DNA of 64,000 nucleotides from a virus (Duplodnaviria; Caudoviricetes). Of this stretch, positions 28,122 to 39,243 are shown piece by piece. Positions within the stretch are counted from its first letter, which is position 1, and each line of letters opens with the position of its first letter. The stretch lies in IMG/VR virus record IMGVR_UViG_3300031993_000016. One strand, 5' to 3'. The position numbers were made by a program, and so were the translations under genes. The notes under the pieces were generated by a model. That model was given only the letters and a program-made list of their open reading frames with translations, searched no databases and was not told where the DNA came from.

Positions 28122-31100
28122 TTAATTGTTTTCATATATTCTCATACCGGTTATCTTAGCAGATACATGACCACCGCTTATAGCAAATGGTATTTGTAAT
28201 ACTGAATTATCCCAGAAGAATGGAGTTACACCATCACTTTGATACTCGTCTGTGCTGAATACTAATGCGTTATCTTTGTAGAAATCCCATATAACGTTGT
28301 TATTAGATGTGATTCGATTGATAATCTTCATTGTACTATTAGCAAAGTATGTTGTAGATGTTATGGATGATTCTGAAGCAGCAAAGCTTCCGGTTGAATC
28401 ATATACATCAACGCTGAATGCTCCAAAGTCTGTGTTAATTCCACTTACAATCGAACTTGTATATGGGTCAGCAGCGATATTCATAACAAATCCAACATTC
28501 CAAGAAGCTGGTTCTAACGTACAATCCGTGAAGTCAATTTCTACTGCATAAGAAGTTGAAGTAGAAAGTAAGTCAACTGGAATCTTTAGAGCATAGTATC
28601 CGCTGGATATTGCTAATGCGTTATCAGCATATTGACCTGTTGCAGGTGTAGTAGTTATCGATGATGCATCTGTTGTATCTGTGAAGAATTCTGCATCAAC
28701 ACCATTAGTATCAACTAAACTAGTTGTAAAGTCCCAATCGTAATCTGCACCGCTAGGGGTTGGGCTTGGATCTATGATTTCATCTATTAAGAATGAACTA
28801 GTTACATTAGGATATTCTGTCATGTATATACTGATAGTTACATTTGTACATGCACCTAATATATAAACTTCAATACCATCTTCTGGGTAATATGTGTGAT
28901 ATGATAATGATAGCTTACCTGGTGCAGTAACAGTCCAGGAGCAATCACCTGGATTAGATGTATCATACTCCCTTTCTACAGTAGTTATACCGTCCCCAGA
29001 TATATCACAATATATGTATCCATAAAATTCTTGGTATTGATTATCTAAGCAGAAAGTTGGAGTTGTTGTAACACCTACAGTAAAATAGTCACCGGGTTCA
29101 TATTCAGAAAAATCTACAGGTACATTTGTAAAGTTGATCTGCGTTGATGGCTGAGCTGTAACAGTGAGTTCAACAGACTTGCTTTGCTCATCACCATTCT
29201 CATCATAATATGGGACAGAAATAACTGCAGTTCCTGGATAACCATTATCACTATTCACATCGATGTAACCATATAAACATGGATCATCCATTGGTACCTC
29301 ATGTTCATACGTGGAATCTACATATATGTTTGCATCTCCTGAATAGCCGCAGTATATGAAAGGATATTCAGCTTGATGTCTATCTACGCCAGTCTGTTCA
29401 ATGTGATTCGCAGTCCAATGTGTTGGTAAAAGATTCAGTTTCAGATGCTTTTCTTCATATAACCCCATCTGCAAATCAGCCGGTGTAACATCAAAAGCAA
29501 CATCTGTGAGATTTACATATGATGCAACATCTATATCTTGATAAATGTTTTCATTATCTAGCGAATATACTCGCATCATATCTGAATGAAGTCTGCCGTA
29601 GCAGCATGCTTCAATTTTTATCTGTGTATCAGATAATTTAGTTATCTTAGAAGCAAAATCCGTCCTAGGCGGCGAATCCCACCAAGGGTAGTCGCCATCA
29701 TCATTTCTGATCCGTTCAGCTCTTACACCTATAGATTTATTGGTTGCATTCTCTGGCAGAACTTTCACATAAAAGATTTCATATGGTGGATATTCTGAAA
29801 TCTGTATAGCCGATTCTATAGGATTTAGACATAATATAGAATTGTCACGTGGTATTGTATATTCTGCATCTTCATATACTTCAATAGATTCTACAGGTAC
29901 ATATGGTATTAATTCTTCTACCATTGTAATATCTGTGCCTTCGATTATTCCAGCATCACCAATTTTTGTTACAACACCTTCAGCAAGCTCAAAGCTAATT
30001 GTATTAGAAGTTGCATAGCCACTCGGTGTTGTCATTTGATGCATGTAATACACGCCATCATTCAGATATGCAACTTTCTTGACATCAGAAGTTGTCCAAA
30101 GTAATTCTCGCTGCGTCCTAGCATCATAAGCAACATGTTCGCCAGCTGCATCCGTTGTTATTTTGATAACAACACCAGACATCTGCTGTTCAGAAATTTC
30201 ATCAATCACATGAAATGATAGCTTTGTATAGTTTTCAGGTACAGGTTCGTCTTGATCAAACTTCTCTATCGCACCTATCTGTATCTTCCATACAACTTGA
30301 ACTACTTGATTCTTACCTACCTTAAGTATATTTTCTTTAAGTATCTGACGATTTGCAGGTACTGTCATATCCCAATTATCATCATTTGGTGGAACAATTC
30401 TATAACCTGCAAGTAAGCCATTTTCACCACTATCTTCCCAAGTACGTTTTGACCATAATCCAGCTTCAGTTATGAATATGTAATCTTGTCCTTCAGGTCT
30501 AAATTGTTTAAGTGCTCCTGTAGATATCATTGCACTAAACACTACATCAATTGTTTTAGATATTTCTGCTTGATATTCTGGTACGATATCACGATATTCA
30601 ATTGATGCACGAGGGAAGGACGGGCTGATTAATTCGAGTTGTATAGTTGTACCAAGTGATGGCTGCACAGCATCATCCATTTGCCGCCAGTTAATTGTAT
30701 TGAATGCACCAGCTGGATTTGATGTAGCTACATCGCATACATATAATATGCCCATATACATAACTACATCACCTACGTCGTACTGTTCTGTTACATCATA
30801 TGAAGAATATGCGTAGCCGAGACCTAGATATTTACGCCCATTATTTTCATTTGCATCATAACCATCAGCGCCGTAGCCAGGTCTATGTTTCATATATTCA
30901 ACAAATCTAGCTTCTTCATTGTAGTTCATGAATGCATCATATGCTTCTGTATATGCAACTTGTGCATCATCGACAGCTTGTCGCTTAGCTCCTATACGAG
31001 TTGCACATGTTTCGCATTCTGTACAAGCATCGCACGCAGGCCAATATTGACAATCATCTGCAAGCGCTTCCTTTGCAGCATCTAACGCATCTTTTGCTGC

Positions 31101-31457
31101 ATTCATCGCCTCTTGTAACCTAATGAATTCTGGATCAGAAGAACTAGGAACTGTATCACCAACACCTGCAGGTAATCCATTTGAATCTTGATTCTGATTT
31201 ATAAGGCCCATTGTACCTAATGAAATATATCTCGGCACATAGTTTGCAAGCATCGAATATGCAGGATGTAACCCTATAGCCTCATTAGGTAAAAAATCCC
31301 CAGCAAGATGATGAGCAATTCCGTATAACAATGAATTGGTTGCAGAATTATGTCCGACATGTTCCTGCACAACTGCACCAGTAGCTTCATCAATTACTTG
31401 GATAGCTACATTCTGTTTAATTGATAAATTCTTGTAGGCTGATAATTTATTATTCAC
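28122..31457 (-). CDS. Large tail-fibre/baseplate-attached protein with Ig-like domains
   Basis: ITEAGLW fibre-attachment motif; prealbumin-like TPSGY domain; VLPENATNK Big_2-like repeats. Confidence 0.7.
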   Translation of the reverse strand: MNNKLSAYKNLSIKQNVAIQVIDEATGAVVQEHVGHNSATNSLLYGIAHHLAGDFLPNEAIGLHPAYSMLANYVPRYISLGTMGLINQNQDSNGLPAGVGDTVPSSSDPEFIRLQEAMNAAKDALDAAKEALADDCQYWPACDACTECETCATRIGAKRQAVDDAQVAYTEAYDAFMNYNEEARFVEYMKHRPGYGADGYDANENNGRKYLGLGYAYSSYDVTEQYDVGDVVMYMGILYVCDVATSNPAGAFNTINWRQMDDAVQPSLGTTIQLELISPSFPRASIEYRDIVPEYQAEISKTIDVVFSAMISTGALKQFRPEGQDYIFITEAGLWSKRTWEDSGENGLLAGYRIVPPNDDNWDMTVPANRQILKENILKVGKNQVVQVVWKIQIGAIEKFDQDEPVPENYTKLSFHVIDEISEQQMSGVVIKITTDAAGEHVAYDARTQRELLWTTSDVKKVAYLNDGVYYMHQMTTPSGYATSNTISFELAEGVVTKIGDAGIIEGTDITMVEELIPYVPVESIEVYEDAEYTIPRDNSILCLNPIESAIQISEYPPYEIFYVKVLPENATNKSIGVRAERIRNDDGDYPWWDSPPRTDFASKITKLSDTQIKIEACCYGRLHSDMMRVYSLDNENIYQDIDVASYVNLTDVAFDVTPADLQMGLYEEKHLKLNLLPTHWTANHIEQTGVDRHQAEYPFIYCGYSGDANIYVDSTYEHEVPMDDPCLYGYIDVNSDNGYPGTAVISVPYYDENGDEQSKSVELTVTAQPSTQINFTNVPVDFSEYEPGDYFTVGVTTTPTFCLDNQYQEFYGYIYCDISGDGITTVEREYDTSNPGDCSWTVTAPGKLSLSYHTYYPEDGIEVYILGACTNVTISIYMTEYPNVTSSFLIDEIIDPSPTPSGADYDWDFTTSLVDTNGVDAEFFTDTTDASSITTTPATGQYADNALAISSGYYALKIPVDLLSTSTSYAVEIDFTDCTLEPASWNVGFVMNIAADPYTSSIVSGINTDFGAFSVDVYDSTGSFAASESSITSTTYFANSTMKIINRITSNNNVIWDFYKDNALVFSTDEYQSDGVTPFFWDNSVLQIPFAISGGHVSAKITGMRIYENN

Positions 31458-31468
31458 GTTTGATCCTC

Positions 31469-31816
31469 CTACGGGGTTTCGTCATCTATAGATTCTTCGT
31501 CGTGTACATTTATTTGCGTTGTCCGATACGAGCGAACATTTTGTAAGTTTAACTGATACTGACGCGGTGATAGTTCTTGATTCTTAGGATCATCTGCAAT
31601 CGGTGGATCATGTGGTTCCACTCTACGATGTAGATTAGGATTAGTAAATCCTAATTCATCTCGATCTAAATCATCTTCATCCGCCAATATCGCAGGACCT
31701 TGACCCATCCTTGGATAAGGATGCTCATTGCCCTGCGAATCAGTATATTGGAAATCAAAATCATACCTTGTAACTACTGCGTCAATATTAGCTTGTGTTG
31801 CAGAATCATTTGCCAT
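31469..31816 (-). CDS. Hypothetical late protein
   Basis: GAGGTG RBS, class II motif upstream. Confidence 0.7.
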   Translation of the reverse strand: MANDSATQANIDAVVTRYDFDFQYTDSQGNEHPYPRMGQGPAILADEDDLDRDELGFTNPNLHRRVEPHDPPIADDPKNQELSPRQYQLNLQNVRSYRTTQINVHDEESIDDETP

Positions 31817-31853
31817 AAATGTACACCTCTCTTATGGCAATATACAAGGTTCA

Positions 31854-32144
31854 TTATAGATTTTTTATGAAATTATGTATTGCTTGATATACATGTGCAT
31901 CAAAATCACGGTCATCATAATACTCATCATATGCAGTAAATTGAAAATATCCGTCACGTTTCATTTCACCATTTACATATACAATGATAAGTACACGAAG
32001 TGAATTAGGATCATCATACCATTCAACTTCGTCAAAATCTACATCTATCATTCTACCTGGTCGCCTATAATAATCCCTGATCTTATCTGAAAGTTCATCT
32101 AAGATATTATCAACGACCTCTTCGGTAAATTTCGGATAATACAT
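31854..32144 (-). CDS. Hypothetical protein
   Basis: Start MYYPKF at 32144 with GGAGGG RBS. Confidence 0.7.
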   Translation of the reverse strand: MYYPKFTEEVVDNILDELSDKIRDYYRRPGRMIDVDFDEVEWYDDPNSLRVLIIVYVNGEMKRDGYFQFTAYDEYYDDRDFDAHVYQAIHNFIKNL

Positions 32145-32167
32145 ACAATCACCCTCCCCCATTAACT

Positions 32168-32557
32168 TTAACTAGATTTGGTATATCTAAAAATAATATA
32201 AGTATCAGTATAATTGCTTATTGTCCTTGAGCCAAACTCAAAATATATGTTTTGATAAGCTGAATCTGAAGGATCAGTTATGTAATATATGCGTGAAAAA
32301 TAGTTATCATTTGCATGATACGGTATGGTGGTTATATTTGTACCAATAAGTAAACCACGTAACTCAACAACACTATCAACATTCAACGCACTGCAATCAA
32401 TTGTAGCTCCCATTGATATATTAGTTGTATGAAAACATATCTGATATATTTCTTTCCCATCAACCCATTTTAGTCCTGTAGCTTGTTCTTCGTATGAATA
32501 ATTAGCACCGCCGTCACCTGCTGTATAGCTTTTGCCATTAAGCATTAAATTTGCCAT
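32168..32557 (-). CDS. Fibre-tip-like module protein
   Basis: YS.EE..TG.KWVDGK.IY...RYTK domain. Confidence 0.7.
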   Translation of the reverse strand: MANLMLNGKSYTAGDGGANYSYEEQATGLKWVDGKEIYQICFHTTNISMGATIDCSALNVDSVVELRGLLIGTNITTIPYHANDNYFSRIYYITDPSDSAYQNIYFEFGSRTISNYTDTYIIFRYTKSS

Positions 32558-32569
32558 GATTGCTCCTCC

Positions 32570-33736
32570 TTATGTTGTACTCTTGGTATATCTCAAAGTC
32601 ACTTTAATATCTGCTCCACTAAACCAACTTGAACACATTATACGGATATTATTGCCCGAACAATGGACATTGAGCCAGTCACTGCCGTCCCTGTAATCCA
32701 TTCCAAATCTAATGGTACTGCCTCCCGAGGTCTTCTCTCCCGATGCCTCAATATCTACTAACCTCCCAATATTTAGGTTGGTTGTGATAGCCGTATTCGT
32801 CCCCGATATTGTTCCCGAGAATGTCTTCTCATACACAGTCTCTCCGAACCATGTGCCGATGACCTTCTCACTGTCATCATAATGCACCATCGGGATTCCT
32901 AATGAGCCATACGAGCCACTGCCTGCTGTATCGTTGTCCTTGGTGTATAGGATGGTGAGATATAATGTACCCGAGTCAAAACCCACATTATTGCCGATTG
33001 CAAAATACATATCCCCTTGGTAATAGTAGAGGCTTGAGCCGTTTGATTGTGCATAAGGGATTGTATAATCATAGCCCGAGCTTGTCTCGATATAATGTCC
33101 GTAAGCATTAACCACTTCAATGTCTGCTATGCTCTCAACAACATGCTCTCCCGAACTGACTCCGCTTGGATAACTTGCTACAATGGTTTTCTGATACAGA
33201 GGTTTGTCATCAATCCAAGCTCCGATTTCTCGCTCTGTCTCGCTGTATATCATAGGGGCTAGTCTATCTGTATATAAGAAATAACCAAATTTTACTCCAC
33301 GAATTCTTTTATATGTTGCTTCAATCTCAGCAGATATTGCACATAACCAAATAGTATCAGCAGCTTTTGGGATGATGTATATTAAGTTATCAGCTTTATA
33401 TCCGGTATCAATTACTAGATCTTTAGATAGGAAAAATCCAGTTGATCTAACAGTGGTATTAGTACCTTCAGCTTCTATAACGATTGCATCATAATCTGTT
33501 ACAGGGTTATTAAGCGTTGCTTCGTATACGCTTAATCCTGAAGGTGTTTCAGATCCTTCCCATAGTGTATCTATTTTACTGACATTTCCAGCACTGCCTA
33601 CTCCGTCTGTTATGAAGTATAATGTACCGTTATTTTTGGCACCATCACTTAATGCGTCATATTCTTGTTGAGTTAATTCAATATAAGTTGCGCCACCTCC
33701 AGTGTAACTTATATCATTAAGTCGTAATTCACCCAT
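32570..33736 (-). CDS. Fibre protein with two YS.E..IG.W...YTK modules
   Basis: ELTQQEYDAL...YFITD motif plus two module copies. Confidence 0.72.
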   Translation of the reverse strand: MGELRLNDISYTGGGATYIELTQQEYDALSDGAKNNGTLYFITDGVGSAGNVSKIDTLWEGSETPSGLSVYEATLNNPVTDYDAIVIEAEGTNTTVRSTGFFLSKDLVIDTGYKADNLIYIIPKAADTIWLCAISAEIEATYKRIRGVKFGYFLYTDRLAPMIYSETEREIGAWIDDKPLYQKTIVASYPSGVSSGEHVVESIADIEVVNAYGHYIETSSGYDYTIPYAQSNGSSLYYYQGDMYFAIGNNVGFDSGTLYLTILYTKDNDTAGSGSYGSLGIPMVHYDDSEKVIGTWFGETVYEKTFSGTISGTNTAITTNLNIGRLVDIEASGEKTSGGSTIRFGMDYRDGSDWLNVHCSGNNIRIMCSSWFSGADIKVTLRYTKSTT

Positions 33737-33751
33737 AATACGTTACTCCTT

Positions 33752-34783
33752 TTACGATATTGGTTTAGTATACTGTATTGTGATGATTATATCTGTAGGA
33801 CTGTGTGTGTTTTTAAGATATAGATCACCATTTTTGTTTGGTACATAGAAGACTTCATTATAATTTGGTGCAATATCTACATAGCCGATAGACGCATCAC
33901 CTCTTGCCATATATATTTGTCGCACATCTATGTATTCAAATGGCGGTAAACAATTCTGATAAATTTCAGAAGAATATGTATATTTGTCAACATTGTTTGC
34001 TTTAAGGATGATTGTCTTTTCGTACAAAGGCTGACTGAACCAAGTTCCGACTAACTTTTCAGTATCATCATATGTATGAAACTCTGGGACACTGGCTTTA
34101 GCTGCTTGTATAGCATATGCTCTAATAGTAACTCCAGAATATCCTGCAGCAATTGCTACTTTATTAGTAGATATGTCATAAGTATATGCGATTGTATCAT
34201 GGTCTGACCACACAACCCACTCAAGTCCGTAATTAACTCGAGTGCGACCTGCAGACTTAGCAAGTCGTATCTGTTCTGCTAAATTAAATACGGCTGGCAT
34301 CCAGATTTGATTCTGATAATCTACGGCAATTGCTATATGTGTTGTTCCTGCAGGTACAGCAGTTTCTGTGCTAAATCCAGCAGCACCTTGCTGTGTAATT
34401 AATAATGACCAAACACCTCCAGCTATATCTTCCGAAAATGCAATGGCTTGACCATCTCCACCACGCTTATCTGTGATGAAATACATCATATCTTCTACAA
34501 GTTGCCCTGATTCTTTAAGCGCTTCATATTCAGCTTCGGTTAATTCGGTGAGGTTAGCACTACCACCCCCACCACCTGTAATACCATATATTATCTGGCC
34601 AACTTTTAACTTTGTAAGATCCTCTGATGCAGTCCCTGCTGGATTAGCTTCAACACCTACGCTATCTTGTAGATCATGGACTGCAGTATCTAATATGTCC
34701 ATATTAGCATTGAGCACATTTACATCAGCTTTATCTACACCGATTTCCGGTTTATTAAGATTGAGATATTCTGTCTGTTGCAA
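33752..34783 (-). CDS. Tail fibre protein
   Basis: TEYLNLNKP...LNANMDILD baseplate-attachment N-terminus; one YTK module. Confidence 0.72.
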   Translation of the reverse strand: MQQTEYLNLNKPEIGVDKADVNVLNANMDILDTAVHDLQDSVGVEANPAGTASEDLTKLKVGQIIYGITGGGGGSANLTELTEAEYEALKESGQLVEDMMYFITDKRGGDGQAIAFSEDIAGGVWSLLITQQGAAGFSTETAVPAGTTHIAIAVDYQNQIWMPAVFNLAEQIRLAKSAGRTRVNYGLEWVVWSDHDTIAYTYDISTNKVAIAAGYSGVTIRAYAIQAAKASVPEFHTYDDTEKLVGTWFSQPLYEKTIILKANNVDKYTYSSEIYQNCLPPFEYIDVRQIYMARGDASIGYVDIAPNYNEVFYVPNKNGDLYLKNTHSPTDIIITIQYTKPIS

Positions 34784-34807
34784 TTACCTGTACCTCCTAT
34801 ATAAGTT

Positions 34808-35062
34808 TTACCATACGAATGTATCATATACATCTTGCCAAAGCATATCTTCTATATCTGCCCAAGTCCATCCACCAAAGTATAAAGATGAATTTGTGTG
34901 AGGTATTATCTGACCATCCGGAATAACATGTGCAGTTGTTAAATAACCTTTCTGTACTTCTGGATGTGACTGACCATGTTTAATGTGTGAAGTTCGTTCA
35001 AGTGGATAAGACCCATCTTGGTTCACAGCAACTATGTAGTATTCATTAGTTGGACCACTCAT
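34808..35062 (-). CDS. Hypothetical baseplate-operon protein
   Basis: RBS; TW.D...W.D tail typical of baseplate genes. Confidence 0.6.
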   Translation of the reverse strand: MSGPTNEYYIVAVNQDGSYPLERTSHIKHGQSHPEVQKGYLTTAHVIPDGQIIPHTNSSLYFGGWTWADIEDMLWQDVYDTFVW

Positions 35063-35073
35063 ATCAACACCCC

Positions 35074-36402
35074 CTATTCACCTACTGGATAGCTTGGTTC
35101 ATCTATTGAAATTGCATCACCAATAACATGCATAACAGGATTAACTGCAGGTCTTGGATTAACAATATCTGTACTTCTATCATCTTCAATTGTCCATATA
35201 TCTGAACTTTCAGCTTCTTCACGAGCTTTATCATATCGAAGATTCCAATCGCTCGGACGCCGAACTCCATCAACTGTAAAATAAGAATCAGCTTCATCTG
35301 GCAATACATAATCATCCGGATAACTTACAGATACATCCTGCGGCTCCCACCCTAATCCAAAAATCTGCTCTTTGTTATGCAGGTCTACATCTTCAATTGG
35401 TTCACCTGGTTTTATAGGTACTAAAGATCTAACTATGTGTTCATTGTTACAAAGCTGCAGTGAATAAAGTGATCTATATCCTGGATTGATATCACGGTTG
35501 CGAGCTTGTACTGGATCATCTTCTAAACCGCCCTCATAATCAGCATTACGATACCACACATTACGACGCGTATCTGTAAGTTCTTGTTTTGGCACGCGAA
35601 CTGTTCTATCAGCTTTATCAACCCATTCAAGATGTAATGGATCACGAATTGTACCGCGGCGTAATTTCTTATCTGTCGATTCAGCTGTATGAATTTCTGT
35701 AAGATCTTGAGATGTATTGGTAAGACGTTGTAATCTGGCGTAATCATCACGACTGTAATGCCCAACATGTGTCGGACCTATAGATAAACCTACATCATTC
35801 ATATTTGTAAGTCTACCATCAATTGTGAGCTTTGTTCTACCATCCATCCTTACACCTGCATGTTGAAAACAATACATCCCAAGCGGTCTTACATATTCAA
35901 TACATGCGTCTATTGGTAGCTTGTCTGAGAAATATACTACCTCAATATACCCTTCTGCAGTATGGGGAGTAACTTGTGCAGAGTTTACAGGTAAACTTGT
36001 ATCTTCTAATCTATCATACAAGATATCTTTAGGCGGAATTACGTCGCCTTGACTGTTAGTATAACCTACGCCTGCAAGTGTTTCAATATCAAACTGTTTC
36101 AGATTAGCTTCAGCTGCGAGAGTAACCCCATCCTTGCTGCCTCGATTTCGTATCATCGACATGAAGTATACTAGTACAAATCGATTGAACGCTGTAGGTA
36201 ATCTGTCATCATATTTGAACCCAATTGTATCTGCTAGCATCCAAAGCAGATTAGCGGGGCAGCGCAAACAATCATATAAATCATATCCATTCTCTGTATC
36301 ATAGTTAATTTTAGTTAAACATTGATCAAACCATTCTAAGAAGAATCGAAAATCTTGACTTTCTGTGTATATTTCAGGAACAGCAATATCTTTGAATCGC
36401 AT
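35074..36402 (-). CDS. Baseplate wedge protein (P2 gpI / T4 gp7-like)
   Basis: LLWMLADTIGF...RNRGSKDG...YVRPLG; follows the gp6-like gene. Confidence 0.7.
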   Translation of the reverse strand: MRFKDIAVPEIYTESQDFRFFLEWFDQCLTKINYDTENGYDLYDCLRCPANLLWMLADTIGFKYDDRLPTAFNRFVLVYFMSMIRNRGSKDGVTLAAEANLKQFDIETLAGVGYTNSQGDVIPPKDILYDRLEDTSLPVNSAQVTPHTAEGYIEVVYFSDKLPIDACIEYVRPLGMYCFQHAGVRMDGRTKLTIDGRLTNMNDVGLSIGPTHVGHYSRDDYARLQRLTNTSQDLTEIHTAESTDKKLRRGTIRDPLHLEWVDKADRTVRVPKQELTDTRRNVWYRNADYEGGLEDDPVQARNRDINPGYRSLYSLQLCNNEHIVRSLVPIKPGEPIEDVDLHNKEQIFGLGWEPQDVSVSYPDDYVLPDEADSYFTVDGVRRPSDWNLRYDKAREEAESSDIWTIEDDRSTDIVNPRPAVNPVMHVIGDAISIDEPSYPVGE

Positions 36403-36406
36403 CTAG

Positions 36407-38485
36407 TTACCTCCGAGTTTCTATAAGACATTCTGGAGCAATACGTAATCCATTTGTAGCACTACTAGGCGTATAACGAGCGAAGCTGATTATATTGAAA
36501 TATTCCGGATCACATTTATCATATACAATCACTGGATTACTTATGTTACCAGCATCAAAATAGTCTACACGGTCATCTGCATTCTGTATTACTTTAACCA
36601 CCTCCATTGTGGTTGGTTTCTGACCCATGTGCCTGCTTGCTGGTGCGAAACATAACGCCAAAGCTTCTTGCACTTTTGCAATTATAACCTCACCAACATC
36701 TTTGCTTACAGGTTTCTTTGTATATATTTGACCTACAATATAGAAGTTAAACACTCGTACATCACCGAATTCTAATTCTACTGACATAGCTTGTAACGGC
36801 CTATAATCTCGCTTAACTGCATCTATGAATTGATCTGATGGTCTGTATTTGATAAATACTTGTCTATTAGATACTTTCGCAGATGATGTAACTCCTGGAC
36901 CCCATATACTATTTTTTGCAAAATCATTATGTATTGCAAAACACATCGCTGTATATGTTTTGAAATTAGTAGTAAAATCAATTTCAGGTTCTGCACCGAC
37001 TGCTTTAGGTATTTTTAACATGTAACCTGGATTAACTACAGAATCTGGAGTTAAGTTGTTATACTCTAATAAATCATCATAGGAAACATTATACATGTTT
37101 GCAATTTCTTCTAATGTCTCTCCAGGTGCTACTTTGTGCATTGTTTTAGTGACGAATGTCTCTGTATCTATCTTAGATGCCCAATCTTTTGAAAGATCTC
37201 CTACTGGAAAATCATAATTGGTGATGTACATTTTACGTTTTTGGCTGACGGACAGATTATCATCTTGATAAATTGCTAAATTAGTTTCGAGTGCTTTTTG
37301 ACAATCTAATACAATACCACAATCTACACCAGGCTCTCTATTTAAGAATCTATTGAAGTCAGGTAATGTAATTAAACTATCCCAGGTGTTGATATAATTT
37401 CTGCTGTTGAAATATGCCTCTTTAGCAGTTTCGGGACTCTTACCAGTTACTGTGTGCGTGTTTGGCAATTCTACAGTATTAGATAAGTTAGATACTGCCC
37501 AAGCATTCGAAGACTCTTCGGGTAATCCAGTTGAATCATTGGCTTGAAGATAATTAGATAATACATCTGTACCAACACAACCAATAACTCCAGAACAATC
37601 TAACCAATATATCATTATGTACGAATTATCATCATAAGATTCGAGCTGATCTAAGTAATTACTTATTTGAATCTGTGCATTTGAATAAGAATCATAAGTT
37701 ACAGCGAATCTAGGTTCTGGGGTAACAAATTCTGCAGGACTAGCACATTGTACCCACTGTGTTGCTAAGAAGTTATCTGCGTCTTTAGATGCTTTGGCCT
37801 TCACCCAAATAGCAGTAGTATCAATATGCTGTGATGGTATATTTATTATGTAGTTGTTTTTACGAATGTAATCTACAGATACTGCATAGTATCTGAATTC
37901 GCCTTCAACAGCTACACGAGTTACAGTTTCACCGGGATTAAGTGTAACTTGATCACTCTCAGCAAATACATTTAAATTATCTGTTGTAACAGAGCGTCTA
38001 CTACGACTTTCAGAAGCTCCATACTTATTTGTAAGTGGCAATATATTATAAGTAATTACTCTGGACTGATTAGTTATGTCTGTATACGCATTCAACGTAC
38101 AGAAATTAGATCCGTTGAATCCAAAATCAAATGTAATCGGATTCTGAGAGTTATTTGTAAACGTTACTTCAGTCCTTGCAGCTGTATACCAACCAAGCTC
38201 ATAACCTATTAACGCAAACAGCTTCTCAGCATCCTTTCGTTGACGAACAGAAGGTGCATATATCTCGGTTGCAAGTGCATCTAAGTTAACACCCAGCATA
38301 TTAGCTGCACTCGCAAGTAACTTACCTAATACAACTCCTGGATCCGCATCAGCTTCAGGCTTCCACAACTCAGTAAGTTTAGGCACCATATCCCAAAAAT
38401 CTGCTAATATGGACTCATAATCACGGCTTGTATATTTAACTAGACCCTTTTCTTCATAATCTGTATTATTAATATCTACCGCCAT
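36407..38485 (-). CDS. Baseplate wedge protein (T4 gp6 / J-like) with inserted LysM
   Basis: YTSRDYESI...DPGVVL...LIGY; G.SPET; LITLPDF; LysM HKVAPGETLEEIA...YNNL...LKIP. Confidence 0.85.
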   Translation of the reverse strand: MAVDINNTDYEEKGLVKYTSRDYESILADFWDMVPKLTELWKPEADADPGVVLGKLLASAANMLGVNLDALATEIYAPSVRQRKDAEKLFALIGYELGWYTAARTEVTFTNNSQNPITFDFGFNGSNFCTLNAYTDITNQSRVITYNILPLTNKYGASESRSRRSVTTDNLNVFAESDQVTLNPGETVTRVAVEGEFRYYAVSVDYIRKNNYIINIPSQHIDTTAIWVKAKASKDADNFLATQWVQCASPAEFVTPEPRFAVTYDSYSNAQIQISNYLDQLESYDDNSYIMIYWLDCSGVIGCVGTDVLSNYLQANDSTGLPEESSNAWAVSNLSNTVELPNTHTVTGKSPETAKEAYFNSRNYINTWDSLITLPDFNRFLNREPGVDCGIVLDCQKALETNLAIYQDDNLSVSQKRKMYITNYDFPVGDLSKDWASKIDTETFVTKTMHKVAPGETLEEIANMYNVSYDDLLEYNNLTPDSVVNPGYMLKIPKAVGAEPEIDFTTNFKTYTAMCFAIHNDFAKNSIWGPGVTSSAKVSNRQVFIKYRPSDQFIDAVKRDYRPLQAMSVELEFGDVRVFNFYIVGQIYTKKPVSKDVGEVIIAKVQEALALCFAPASRHMGQKPTTMEVVKVIQNADDRVDYFDAGNISNPVIVYDKCDPEYFNIISFARYTPSSATNGLRIAPECLIETRR

Positions 38486-38938
38486 TTATTGCTCCTCCGT
38501 ATTGAAAAGTTTAGCTCGCTCTTCTTCAATGTCAAGAGTCATGTTTAATCTATCTTTATAGATAGTTTGTAAACCGATTGTCATTTTAAGCTCATTAGCT
38601 TCTATAGCTGTACCTGAATACTGTGTATCACCTGTAAATGCTAAACCATCAGCAAATTGTGTTTGTTCAGCATCAACATAAGGTTCATGAGCTTTAAGCT
38701 GCTCTTTTATCCTAGCTTGTATGATGGCCTTTGTGTTAGGTGTATTATACTGCCATAAGTATCGTTTGAGCCCTACACCTTGCGTAGGTTCATTATACAG
38801 CTCTGTTGGGTTTGTTAATATAAGTAATCGAGTTCGATTTACAATAGATTTGTCTCCTGTATATGTTGATACACAATTTCGCGTAACGTCTATCATATTT
38901 GGGAAACTGATACTAGATGTTGTGTTATTCATAATCAA
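38486..38938 (-). CDS. Baseplate protein gp25/GPW-like
   Basis: LILTNPTEL..EP..GVGLKRYL...HEPYV. Confidence 0.8.
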   Translation of the reverse strand: MIMNNTTSSISFPNMIDVTRNCVSTYTGDKSIVNRTRLLILTNPTELYNEPTQGVGLKRYLWQYNTPNTKAIIQARIKEQLKAHEPYVDAEQTQFADGLAFTGDTQYSGTAIEANELKMTIGLQTIYKDRLNMTLDIEEERAKLFNTEEQ

Positions 38939-39234
38939 TCTCCTGTATTATTAACTGATGTATAATATGAACCACCTGTAAGACCTATTACCATAAAATG
39001 TGAGGTATTTTCGGTAGTATTCATGAGAGCTACTACTTCGCCTTCGACGGGTAGATGTGGTAACAGCACAGATGGGTAATATGGTAGATCTCCGTCACGT
39101 GTGTAGCTCTTTACAGATCTACCCTCATATTCTCTTTGATTCATAGGCCCATGAATAGAAGGAATTCGCACTTGAATAAGTAATGTCCCATCACCAGCAT
39201 ACTTATAATCTTTTACATAACCATTTACTACCAA
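38935..39234 (-). CDS. Spike OB-fold protein (gp5/gpV N-terminal-like)
   Basis: IQVRIPSIHG...LPVEGEVV...VIG. Confidence 0.65.
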   Translation of the reverse strand: MVVNGYVKDYKYAGDGTLLIQVRIPSIHGPMNQREYEGRSVKSYTRDGDLPYYPSVLLPHLPVEGEVVALMNTTENTSHFMVIGLTGGSYYTSVNNTGD

Positions 39235-39243
39235 TCTATCACC

